Origin: Bilabrum cf. latius
Lineage: Eukaryota
Assembly: GCA_965178125.1 (NCBI GenBank)
Contig: OZ237762.1
Coordinates: 496,001 to 560,000 of the forward strand
Direction: 5' to 3'
Length of the DNA stretch: 64,000 nucleotides
How positions within the stretch are numbered: the stretch's first letter is position 1; each line of letters starts with the position of its first letter. Below, piece by piece: positions 11,819-23,510 of the stretch. A program made the translations under genes and the position numbers. The notes under the pieces were generated by a model. It saw only the letters and a program-made list of their open reading frames with translations, searched no databases and was not told the origin of the DNA.

Positions 11819-13551
11819 GTGTCTCGATACGAAGCCGGTTTCAAGCACGCCATCAGCTTCATCCGCCGCGAGGGCAGGTACCGCATGCTCCGCACCTTGG
11901 AGAGGCACCAGGCGAGGTCTTCCGTACATGACGCTGCATGGGGAGCAGGGAACAGCAGAGGAGGGAGCGCAGGAGGGCGAGACGAACGCACAACCCGAGG
12001 CCAGGGAGATCGTGGGCTGGTGCTCGAACGACTACTTGGGCATGGGCCAGCACCCGGAGGTGATCCGGGCGGCCGTGCAGACTGCAGTCGAGCAGGGCGC
12101 CGGGGCTGGTGGCACTCGAAACATCAGCGGCACCAACTGCGAGCACGTGAAGCTGGAGCAGGAGCTGGCAGACTTGCACTACAAGGGTGACGCGCTCATT
12201 TTCTAGTCGTGCTACATGGCGAACGACGCCGTCCTAACCACGCTGGCCAAGGAATTCCGCGGGCTGTACACCTCTGACGAGATGAACCACGCCTCGATGA
12301 TCCAGGGGATCAGGCGCTCGGGGGCGCCCAAGCACATCTACGGGCACAACGACGTGGAGCACCTGCGCGAGCTGCTGGCCAAGGCAGACCCCAGCACTCC
12401 GAAGCTGGTGGCATTCGAGTCGGTCAAATCGATGGAGGGCACGGTGGCGCCCATCCACGCGATCTGCGACCTGTGTGATGAGTTCGGGGCCATGACCTTC
12501 TGCAACGAAGTGCACGTAGTGGGGCTCTACAGGGACACGGTAGCGGGGGTGGAGGAGAGGGACGGCGCCATGGATCGGCTCGACATGATCACGGGGACTC
12601 TTGGTAAGGCCTACGGTGTGGCGGGGGGATACGTGGCTGGGAGCGCTGCCATGGTGGACGCCATGCAGCTCATGGCCAGCGGGTTCATCTTCACCACGGT
12701 CATGCCCCCGGCCAACGCAGCGGCTGCCACTGCCTCTGTCGCCCACCTGAAGAGATCCACCTGGGAGCGCCGCTTCCTGCACGCCAACTCGCAGCACCTG
12801 AAGCGGCTCCTGGTGGAGGCGGGCATCCCCGTCATGGACTCGGTCTCGCACATCGTGCCCGTGCTGGTGGTAGACGCAGCCAAGGCGCAGGCAGCCTCGA
12901 GGCTGCTGCTGGAGAAGCATGGCATATACATGCAGCCCATCAACTACCCCACGGTGCCCCGAGGCACGGAGCGGCTCCGCATGACCCCGACCCCCTTCCA
13001 CTCCGAGGCGATGATGAGGCAGCTAGTGGAGGCGCTGGGGCAGGTGTGGACAGAGCTGGGGCTGTCAAGGTCTCGCGTCTATCCCTCGGGCACCAAGGAG
13101 TACGCGGCAGTGCCCGTATCCCTCGGGCACCAAGGAGTACGCGGCAGTGCCCGTATCCCTCGGGCACCAAGGAGTACGCGGCAGTGCCCGTATCCCTCGG
13201 GCACCAAGGAGTACGCGGCAGTGCCCGTGTCCCTCGGGCACCAAGGAGTACGCGGCAGTGCCCGAGGAGGAGCACCTGCCGGCGGTGGAGTGGAGCGGGC
13301 CCGTGCAGCGGGAGGACGAGGACGTGTCGGCGGTGGAGCGGGAGAGGCACGAGGCCAGGGCGAGGGAGTTCCACGAGCAGGCGAGCGCGAGGGGGCGGGG
13401 CAGAGAGGTGCAGGGCGCGGCCGATGCGCTGCAGGATAGCGCGCTGTGGTGGGCGGGGGCGCAAGTCACAGCGAGGGGAACTGCGGCTGACGGGACGAGG
13501 GAAGCAGCAGCAGCGGTTGCTGGCTCAGACCGAGCGCAGGGCCAGATGTGA
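11819..13551 (+). pseudogene. ALAS: 5-aminolevulinate synthase (Shemin pathway), apparently decaying copy
   Basis: Motifs [73 protein letters not shown]. Lesions: frameshift near 11910; NEVHVVGLYR instead of DEVHAVGLYG; a 37-bp x5 array shifts the C-terminus out of frame. Confidence 0.8.
13079..13263 (+). repeat. Tandem repeat, 37 bp x 5
   Basis: Unit gtatccctcgggcaccaaggagtacgcggcagtgccc, head-to-tail with no spacers. Confidence 0.95.
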
Positions 13552-13640
13552 TACTCCGGGGCAGGGAATGTTAGCCATTGCTTGATGCTCTCGACCTGGT
13601 CCAGCGCATAGACGGGGCAACTGCTCCGCTTCTGCCTCTG

Positions 13641-13692
13641 GGATGCTTCGAGAGTAACGATCCACTGGATGCTTCGAGAGTAACGATCCACT
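13641..13692 (+). repeat. Tandem duplication, 26 bp x 2
   Basis: ggatgcttcgagagtaacgatccact repeated twice. Confidence 0.9.
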
Positions 13693-14073
13693 GGGTTGGC
13701 ATCCTCCTCTCTATTATAAGAGCAGCTGGGTAGCTCTAGATACAAAGCATGATCAGGTTTGTTGTGGGACATTTCAACTGAATCAAAGCATTTCAAAGGT
13801 TAGGTTCGGGGACGGCCACCGAGTCGGCGCCGACTGCCTTGGCCCAAAGCTTCCGCCGAGACGCCGGCGGGAGACGAGCCGCATCGCACATACTGTCACG
13901 TTCCCACACGGGAACTCGCCTCTCCAAGCTAACTGTAATGCCCAGCATACAGAACGCCCTCCAGCCCGGCGCTGGTCAGTGGCCCGTGTAGCATTCTTTC
14001 AAACACATCGCTATGTCACCCTATCTAATGACCATCTGCGCTACTACAAGTAGGCTCAGCGCTACAGTGATGA

Positions 14074-16475
14074 TCACACCTCGACAGGCCGTACAGCGGT
14101 ATCGGAATCCTTCCCTGCGTGCTTCTGCTCGCTTGCTTCATGTCGATGGCGCTTGCAGCAGTTGCAGAAGTAAACCAGGACGACGACGACTCCCAGAAGG
14201 ACAAGGGCGCCGACAACAGCACCCACCACGGCGGGAACTGGAAGGCCATCGCCGTCATTATCACCACCATCATCTGCAGCATCAGGGGAGTACGGGTTCT
14301 AGGCAGCATATACGGTGTCCTCCCTTGTCCGGTTAAACGACGCATTCTCGCCGAGCGTGTCCGCAAGCACAGGGGAGGCCAGGACGGTCTCGTAGGCACG
14401 CATGATGGGGGCAGCCTCGTCCAGCGACTCGAGCGGAGTCTGGAGCACCAGCGTGGTTTCTCCAAGGCTGCCGGTTTGAGCGCGTCGACTACGCCCTCTT
14501 CTGCCGCGGGACCGTTCAAACCATACAACCACTTCATCCGTTCTGGTGCTTGCCGCGGCTGCGAGGCTCCCAACGAGCGTCAGGGCAGCTCCACAGCTTG
14601 CCTCGGAAGGGTCGACGCCACGAATGGAGATCTCGTTGTGGAGCACGTGGGACTTCTGGCCGGCCAGCAACTGCTCACTTGGCTCCTAGCATTTCTGCAC
14701 GTTTTCCGGGCCCTCTGCCTCTTGAGTCGGCACTCGCCTTCCCCGCCTGGTACGAATTGGGACAGGTGGCAGCGCGCTCGGGCTTCCCGTGCTGATCGAG
14801 CCTCCACTCGGCAGAGGTGACGTAGAGGGACTGACAGATGCCGTGCTGGTTGTTGATGGCGACGGTGAGGCAGATGCCGTGCTGGTTGTTGATGGCGACG
14901 GTGAGGCAGATGCCGTGCTGGTTGTTGATGGCGACGGCGAGGCAGATGCCGTGCTGGTCGCTGATGGCGACGGCGAGGCAGATGCCGTGCTGGTTGTTGA
15001 TGGCGACGGCGAGGCAGATGCCGTGCTGGTCGCTGATGGCGAGGCAGATGCCGTGCTGGTCGTTGATGGCGAGGCAGATGCCGTGCTGGTTGTTGATGGC
15101 GACGGCGAGGCAGATGCCGTGCTGGTTGCTGATGGCGACGGTGAGGCCGATGGCGATGGCAAAGAAATGGTCGAGAAAAGGATCCACGCCGCCCCGCGAT
15201 CACCGCCTCCATCATCATCACCAGGAGCCCCGACAGCGATGTCTAGTGAGCCATCCCCATCCAGGTCACCCAGGGACGCAACCGAAAATCCAAACGTATC
15301 ACCGGCGCTCAGCTGTCCGGCGAAGTCGCCTTCGGTATCAGAGATTTTCTTGTGCGACTTCACGGTGCCGTCCGTGTTCAGGAACAGAATCCACGTGGCA
15401 CCGTGATTGCCTCCTCCATCATCATCGTTTCGAGCCCCGACGGCGATGTCTGTCGCGCCGTCTCCATCTAGGTCCCCCAGTGATGCGACCGAGACACCGA
15501 ACCAATCTTCATCGTCCAGCTGTCCGGCGAAGTCGCCTTCGGTATCAGAGATCTTCTGGTGCGACTTCACTGTGCCGTCCGTGTTCAGGAACAAAATCCA
15601 CGTAGCCCCACGACTGGTGGCTCTAAACGCATCATCGATGACGGTTCCTCCATCCTCATCGTTGGGAGCCCCGACAGCGATGTCTGTCGTGCCGTCTCCA
15701 TCCAGGTCCCCCAGTGATGCGACCGAGACACCGAACCAATCTTGATCGGTCAGCTGTCCGGCGAAGTCGCCTTCGGTATCAGAGATCTATTGATGCGACT
15801 TCACCGTGCCGTTCGTGTTTAGGAACAGAATCCACGTAGCTCCGCGAGCAGGGAATCCATCCACCTCGCTTGCACCGACCGCGATGTCTGTCGCGCCGTC
15901 TCCATCCAGGTCCCCCAGTGATGCGACCGAAGAACCAAAGAAGTCTTCATTGCTCAGCTGTCCGGCGAAGTCGCCTTCGGTATCAGAGATCTTCTGATGC
16001 GACTTCACTGTACCGTTCGTGTTTAGGAACAGAATCCACGTAGCTCCGCGATTCGTGCCTCCATCATCATCGTCGATAGCCCCGACGGCGATGTCCTTCG
16101 TGCCGTCTCCATCCAGGTCGCCCAGGGACGCGACCGAAGAACCAAAGAAGTCTCCGTCGCTCAGCTGTCCGGCGAAGTCGCCTTCGGTATCAGAGATCTT
16201 CTGATGCGACTTCACTGTGCCGTTCGTGTTTAGGAACAGAATCCACGTAGCCCCGCGATTCGTGCCTCCATCATCATCAAATGGAGCCCCCACGGCGATG
16301 TCCTTCGTGCCGTCTCCATCCAGGTCGCCCAGGGATGCAACCGAACGACCAAATCCACCTGCGCCGCTCAGCTGTCCGGCGAAGTCGCCTTCCGTATCAG
16401 ATATCTTCTGATGCTACTTGATGATATCTGTGCTCTCTGCAGAAGCACATGCCAGCATGGCCACCGCTAGTACGC
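14074..16475 (-). CDS. FG-GAP (integrin-alpha beta-propeller-like) repeat type-I membrane protein with Ser/Thr/Pro stalk; first exon not located
   Basis: Signal-like VLAVAMLACASA. Six repeats KISDTEGDFAGQL...FG.SVASLGDLDGDG..DIAVGA...RGATWILFLN, then a mucin-like stalk. Reading through TAGs at 15787, 14686 and 14299 reaches a clean TM helix AVVGAVVGALVLLGVVVVLVYF plus CNCCKRHR, and TGA at 14074. Confidence 0.85.
14835..15160 (-). repeat. Coding minisatellite (30/36-bp units) for the SPSPSTTSTASA stalk
   Basis: Repeated gaggcagatgccgtgctggttgttgatggcgacggt variants on the + strand. Confidence 0.9.
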
Positions 16476-16559
16476 TGCGAGTAGAGAATGAAAAATGTCC
16501 TTGAAATCGTGGACAGGTACAAGCTCGGGGAGATTAGGGTGCTGTGTACAACGTGTGAT

Positions 16560-16640
16560 CTCATCTGAGCCTGCTCCTCGAGCGGGTCCTGCGCCCACCA
16601 AGCGACCTCAATCTCAGAGACCTTGCTGGCCTCACCAACG
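16560..16640 (-). repeat. Dispersed repeat fragment (also ~43945-44033, and inverted at ~63001-63090)
   Basis: Shared sequence gagcgggtcctgcgcccacc.agcgacctcaatctcagagaccttgctggcctcaccaac, encoding VGEA.K.S.IEVA.WAQDPLE.QAQMR. Likely a transposable-element remnant. Confidence 0.75.
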
Positions 16641-17443
16641 GAATGCAGGCTTTCACCGATCAGGCGGTGCCTTCCCGACCTAACCAACCCTAACGTCGCA
16701 CTCACAAGCAATTGTATGCGCGCATCATTAAATCTAAGCGTGCTTAATAATGGCTGCGATCGTTGGAAAGTCGCTACGTAAGCAAGGGACTCCTGTGAAC
16801 GGACAAGCACGCCACTGCAAGGCTGTAAATGTTCTAGCACTGCGACTACGAGATTCTCGTAGCCAAGCTCGGATACACAGAAAAGACAATCTACATCATG
16901 GCAGTCGATGCTATTGCAAACGTGCGGAAAGTACGGCGCGCTTGCCATGCAGTGCCTTCGAGATCCCCGCAGGCTGATTGCGCGAAAAGTTAAACGCATC
17001 GAGATCGAACAGAGCCTGGGGAAAATGGTCTTACGTGATGGAAATGCAGCTTGTAGATGGCTTCGGTTGAAGCCTGCGGAGAGCTGTACGCGTGAAGGAG
17101 TTGTAAGAATACACAGGGATATTCAGCTGGGCCATCCCCCGCCGGCGCCCCGGCGGAATCTTGGGCCAGAACGGGGAACGGGCACTTCGGAACAAATTTG
17201 CCTTAACGATCGTACTCACTTTACTTTGTCGTTTCCTGTTTCGAGTGGGATGGTTGGGCCATTCGGGGACAACAGACAAATTGTCTGGTTTAGGAAAAGC
17301 GATCGGATCACGGCGAAATCGAACCTTATCGGCGATCTAGACGATCCGGAGTCTAGCCAGAAGTTTTCCAGGCAGCATTCATGCGCCCAGTTGCAAAGAA
17401 CCCACGACCTGGCCAGAGCCCCAAGGTGGACGAGTTCAGACCT

Positions 17444-18364
17444 ATCCGGAGTGATTTCATCGCTTGACGCTTCTACTAGCTGTTTTCAGTCCCTTGTAGT
17501 GAGTCTATTTCGACTGTATTGCACACTTACTACACACCATCATGGAAAATAAGTAATGCATATTGATAAGTGCGCGCGTAAGCCCCGTATAATTACTTTG
17601 ATTGAGTGTACGGGCCACACAAAGTTGGCGTCTCGGGGGCTCTGGCAGGCCTGCCTGTCGGCGAACCCATCGCTTGACGCTTCTCTCTTTCCGTATCATG
17701 CCTCCAATTAACGCTAATCTCCACCAAATCTTGCCTTGTATGAGTGAAACAGACAGATAGATCCATATAATGTATCAATTTGATCAATCCATCGAAGTTA
17801 CGTGCGACAATTTATGGAAAAGTGGGCTCACTGACGCCGGGCATAGCTGCCCAGTTAGAAGCGCCTTATCTAGCTATCGAGGGTTTTACGAATAGGCCAA
17901 GGATATATTCATGTAAACGAAATGGAAAATCTTGCCGCGCTACTTTGCTTACCAAGTATTGTATCCGTTGTTAGGCAACATGGGTGGTGATTCGAGGCAC
18001 GATTGAGAGTGCCGTCAAGTGTCATACCATGCCGGAAAAAGTCTCTATTTATATCATCTGTGCCCGAACAAAAGCTAGTTCAAACATATGGCGATGGTAA
18101 ACCTGCATTATATGATGCGGACGAGCTAGTGAGCCCTACCAGACTAACCAAGATTCAACTGTTGCGTAAAAAGGGTCAGCACAACATGAATATGAGACAT
18201 AAATGAGACAATTGCTTGCCAACATCTCAATATTGTCCATATAGATCTAGATTCGTGGACGAAATGCAGAGTTATTGCAATCTTTATGCCGAGAATGGCT
18301 CCAGGAGAAGCGTCAAGCGATGGGTTCGCACCGAGAAGCGTCAAGCGATGAAATCACTCAGGAT
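17444..18364. mobile_element. ~920-bp AT-richer element with terminal and subterminal inverted repeats (MITE-like)
   Basis: 17444-17474 is the reverse complement of 18334-18364 with one mismatch. 17661-17685 is the reverse complement of 18305-18329. Both pairs share the core catcgcttgacgcttct. No TSD or transposase recognised. Confidence 0.65.
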
Positions 18365-18371
18365 CTGCTAG

Positions 18372-20865
18372 GCTTCGGTGCTCTCGAAGACAATCAGTCT
18401 TGTGGCAAACGCTAAGGTCGTTGAGTACTGTGAACAGCATGGACTCTTTGGCCTCGACCAAGCTGGGTTTCGGGTTGGCAAGAACTGCTAGCAAGCTTAC
18501 TGCACCGTGCTTGAGTGGGTCCGACAGCGTGGACTAGACGGCGGGGTCCTTATCTTCTTTGATGTGAAGGGTGCTTTTGACAGCTGTCAGTGGAATATCA
18601 TGGAAGCGATCATGAAGGCTCAGGGTTGGGGAGATCAGGCAACTGGTTTCCTTCTGTCACGACTGAAGGTCTCGGTCCGGATCAGGGACCCAGCAACTGG
18701 TAAGACATCCAGGCCAATCCAGAAGGAGGCTGGGACACCGCAAGGAGAAGTACTGTCACCGGCGCTCTTCCTCGTCTTCATGGGGGTCCTCCTCGAGGCC
18801 ATTGCGAGAGAGCTCTCAGATTTGGGACACTCTCATGTACTACAACCGTCACCAGGATCTAGAGGTACTCCTTGGGGACAGTGCGGCTATGCAGATGACT
18901 TTGTAGCGGCAGCAACGACATGGATGGAGGCCTGTCAGGTGGTCGCGGTCGTCACTGAACTGTTCGAACTGGCCAGACTTGAGCTTGGGTTTCGACCAGT
19001 GAGTCCATCAGGGCTCGCGAAGAAGACTGCCATGATGCCGTTTGGACTTGCAGCCGACTCCTTTCCCCGTGGGTGGGACGACGATATCGCGTGTACAGCC
19101 ACGGAAGTGAACCCATCATGGGTAGAACAGACATGGACCGTTCCCCGCGCGAAGTCGTATGTGTACCTAGGGTTGCTGATATCGACGACGAGGATCCATG
19201 CCACAGCAGCAGAGCTTGGCCCCGGCTACGAAGAGAGGGACGTGATAGCCATTGACATGGTCCCCCACGTTCGGCGGAGGGTGGCAATGGCGATGCAACA
19301 AGCATCCATCATAACCCGCGCTGCAGTTGACTGTGATTGGTCGGTTCGTCTACACTCCCAGATTCTCTATTCTGGAGCGCTCACAAGCGCGCTCTATGGC
19401 ATCGGTGCTGCTGGATGCGCCACTGGCTGGGAACGCTTCCGAGGTCTGGAACAGCGGATCTCTGTGAACTACGGCGTGATCATGAATGCAGCTGTGCTGA
19501 GTGTAGTGGACCGTTTCCTGGCACGCATGAGGTGGATGCTGGCCACTGGAATGGCTGACCGTATGCCATTTGCCGTCGAAGGACGTCGCTTGCCGAAAGT
19601 GGCGTTGGATTCTGAGGTATGGCTTGCGAGTGCTGCCGGAAGGACCGCACGGGACCTCTTTGAGCTCATGCGAGCCCCAGATAGGAGGGGTCTACCAGTG
19701 GTATCTCACTACATCCGGACTGCATACATGTGCCAGTAGATGCCGCAGCAGGGACGTCTTAGTGCTGCGGCGTCTCTCAGGCTTCACCTTCATGACAATG
19801 GAGTATCTGTTGACAACGGAATGACTTGGCTGGGGGAGAAGGAGCTGAATCGGGCGGTGCGCCGTTGGCACTCGTCGAAGTCTGCTTCTAGCATCAGGTC
19901 TTTCAGGAACTTGAGCCCTGGATGCCACTCCGGTTACGTCCTGGCGAGCGCAATCAGGCAGCAGAATGCAGAACAGACAGTGTCACTGGACCAGTACCAT
20001 GGTCAGGTTGATGGGGTGTTCGGCCCTGGTTCACTGCCTACCACTGCAGCACTGCAACCGCGTGGCTCCGACGGGCGATTGATCCTTCGTGTTCGTGCGG
20101 GTATTTACCCTCGTTCCTGTTCCCCTACTCCAGAGCTGACTGACAAGGTGGCTGTGGAGATGACTCGCCGAGAGTCATCGCTGCAGTCACGTGGTCTTCA
20201 GGCAGAGTGGGTCTCCGGTGACTGGGCCAGTCGAACTTCAGAGGAGAAGGGCAAGATAAGGAAGGCATGGGCGGACCATGGCCTACGTCTTGAACCTCAT
20301 CCACAACCTCTGGAGCAGGACAGGCGTGGAGTCGCTGCTGCTGAGCGAACCATTCCCAGGATGCGCCGAGCAATTGCCCGCTCTAGTGCCTCTGTTGGAT
20401 TGGTACGGCTTGCGACACTGGTGGTTGATGAGCTGAGTGTAAAGATCGGAACGTTTCCGTCCTGGACTGCCTGCAGGTGGTGGACTGGGGTCTCGGTGCG
20501 AGGCTGGACTGCGAGCTCATCAGATGACCTGTATGCTGCAATGCGAGCTCAGGATCGGAGGGGACATCGTGTGGCTCGCCCTAGAGGGCTCATGCACACT
20601 CTTGAGAGGATCTGGGCGCGTGAGATGGCGACTTCGCTTCGCTGTGTCTTGCGTGAAAGGGAGTAGCTACGTCGTACATGGACGTCCCGCTGGTGGCGGA
20701 TGGCATGTGTTGACGGTCCGGCTGTCCTTACGAGGATGGCTCGGGCTCACTCTCCTTCCCTCTGGTCCTTTGGTGGATGAGTGGCTGAGTCTCAGGGTGA
20801 CCATTCGTGGTTACTTTGTGTGGTTTCTTTACCCTACAAATTATTCTGGTATTCTGGTATTCCGG
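18372..20865 (+). mobile_element. 5'-truncated non-LTR retrotransposon (LINE family A); RT ORF 18372-20780; (TATTCTGG)n tail
   Basis: RT motifs QAGFR, FFDVKGAFDS, GTPQGEVLSPALF, YADD, YVYLG. One frame with TAGs at 18489, 19737 and 20664, ending TGA at 20778-20780. Three octamer repeats at 20842-20865. Confidence 0.92.
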
Positions 20866-21180
20866 ATGGCAGATATCTACAGTGAGGATACTTGCAGCCT
20901 CCTTCAGCCTGTATCTCGGTGTGTTGCCGTGTATCACCGGTATATTGTGATATCCTCGTCGATCTCCCGAGTTTAAGAACGACAGGGCTCCAACAGAATA
21001 GTATATGACAGGCTCCACGATGCGCGACTGCTGCGTTCCAACTCTGTGTGTGGCAGTCGGTTGCTCGAGGTACATGCATCGCGGTGAGTGTGTGTTTCAG
21101 GAATTCATCTTCGCTGATTGGCGACGCCACCGTGACGTGGCGATTTTCTGGACACGACTGTGCGATGCGTGGCGATGCTG

Positions 21181-22067
21181 CACCGCTAGAGAACGTTTGC
21201 GTCCCCGGAGGTAGGCTGAAAGAAACACTAGCTTTCTCGAGTTCGTACGGCCGCGAAAACAACAGCAGATTCGCGCTCGTCACCAAGATCCAAGCGATTT
21301 CCAGCCGAGCTGCGGCTGTCTGGCGCCTCCATTATCATTTGAATGGCCCACCACGCCTCAGATGAGCCGTCTTGTTGCAACAGGGACGAACAGAATGGTT
21401 TCAGCCACGTCACCACGGGGCATACGTGTCCAGCAATGGCTGAGGCTACGTCCAGTATATTGCAGCAGCGCACACGTTACAGACCCGCAAGCACCCATAC
21501 CCGTAAATCGTGGCTATATATTGTGGTAGTTCGGGTTCGTCGCCACGCGGATGCAAGCTGGAGTGCCAGTGCAGCCAGTTGACACACAGTGCACTGGCAG
21601 TCTGTAGACTTGAGTGGCTCAAGCATACCAGCAAGAACGTAAATCTGATATTAATTTCAGCATGCCATATCATCGCTCCGGTCCAGCGAAACCAGAACCA
21701 AGCCCGTCATCCCAAGCACCTGCTCGAGGATGCCCAGCCCGCCATTGCCCTCAAGCAGCTCCAACTGCCTCTAACTTAGGCCCTCCAAAAAGAATAGCGG
21801 CGAGACCTTGACTTCAAGCTATTCATCACCACCGTGTCCGCCGAAAGCATCCTCTGGGGCAGCCGAGCGACACTTCGAATCCGTCGGCCCCTCCCCCTCC
21901 CCAGTCCGTTTCGACCACCGGGAGGATCCATACGTAACTGCGCCACCAGAGCGCCCGTTATCGCCAAGATTCAATGAGGAGCGCAGACTCGATTTGAGAG
22001 CCGATCTGCAGCCTGCCGATAAATCGCTGCTCCTGGTTGAGGACACATCCTTCGTCGTCGACTTGAG
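21181..22067 (+). repeat. ~880-bp direct repeat, right copy
   Basis: Matches 10843-11723 with scattered substitutions and a small indel. Includes a truncated duplicate of the member 2 N-terminus (21181-21338). Confidence 0.92.
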
Positions 22068-23261
22068 CTAGTGGGTCGATCGAGTGCGTCGGGCTCGCAC
22101 CGCTGTCTTTGTCAAGGTGACACCAGTCACCCTTGCAAATATGGCTGCTGGTACATCTTGTTCCCACCCTTCCTTGTCTCCTTCCGCTGGCAGGGCTGCG
22201 ATGCGAGCCGCAGCCTGGGGCAGGTTCACCACCTGGAGGGTTCGCCCTGTCTCATCGCTCTCTTCGCTCTCCGCTTCCTTAGCGCTGGACGGTGAACCGT
22301 GCTGCGAGCACACCGCTTTCCGATCGCACCTTGTCGCTCTGTCAAGCTCTCCGGGTACGGCGGCCACGGAACAGCCCGCAGTAATTGCCGATCGAGGTGG
22401 CTGTCCGGGCCGCTGCGGAGAGCGCCTGGTCGTTGCTAAGCCATCACACGGTGCCATATGCATACGTGCAGCTTGCGGGCACCTCAGTTTCTTGACTACC
22501 AGCGGTTTGGACGGCTCCAGCCAGACGAGCTCATCGGGTGAAGATTCTTGTGAGCCTCGGGAGCTTGGCCCTGACGGTACCATGCCGTCGCCTCCCTTGG
22601 AACCTGTAGTGTGCCTGCTTTTAATGGTATCTACATCATGACTCAGGGCTTGGTCGCGCTCACATTCTCGTGAATCGGGGTGCAGCGCCTTCGAGGGTCG
22701 TGACGTAACCCCGCGAGACAGAGCTCGGGGCCGGCACGCGCCGTCTTGACGGTCTTGCGGCTCTTCTTTCGACTCAACGGGACTATCGAAAGAAGCTGTG
22801 GAGGCACGAGTCATTTGGTCTGCAGCCGGTGGGTCCACCGTCACGCCTGCTTCATCGCGCTGATGCTGTCGAAGCCGGCTGCGCGCAAGCCACGACTTTG
22901 ATGCAGTACTGGTGCGTCTGCACTGCTTATCACTGACCAGTAGAGACCATGGTTTTGCATCCTCTGCCGAGAAGTACGAGAATACCTTAAGCTGCTCGAG
23001 CCGCTGAGCATCGCTGCGTAGAGATTTGCTTTGGTCTCTTCCGGAGTGACGCCGTCCTCGTCTTGGTGGCGGCAATGACTGTCCAGTCAGCTCGCTCCAC
23101 GCTTCATCGTTGAGGTTAGATCGCAGCCAGTCTTTCAGCACGCTCGCGTCCGTGGAAGAGGGCTAGAAGAAGCAAGAGCTGCGCGCAGATCGGCGTGCAC
23201 CGAGAACAATGGACCCTGTCCGACCCGGCTTTGATGTCGTGGAATCAACAACACCGGCCAT
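21657..23261 (-). CDS. Unknown family member 3
   Basis: IVLGARRSARSSCFF*PSSTDASVLKDWLRSNLN (TAG at 23163 in the CFFQP Gln position), VFSYFSAEDAKPW, and VSPLFFLEGLS*RQLELLE...LEQVLGMTGLVLVSL. Ends in TGA. Confidence 0.8.
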
Positions 23262-23510
23262 GGTGGAATTTGTCGTAGATGTTTACTCAAAGTCCTCAAT
23301 AGGATCTGCTTTGCTGTCGATACTGTTGCTTTATGGCTCTGCGCGGCCAGCGTTCCTGGTAGGACACGTGGTAAAACCTGATTTTACAAACAATTTTGCC
23401 AGCCTGATGAGAAATACCATTTTTACTGAACCACTGAGAAGCTCGGCGGGTGACTCTCAGTACATCTTTTTCATCAATGCAGGGCCCCTCGGCCAGCCCA
23501 AAGCGGAGGC

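Noticed and set aside
13079-13263. 37-bp repeats as a CRISPR array
   Set aside because: Head-to-tail with no spacers, inside a eukaryotic gene, and no cas genes nearby.
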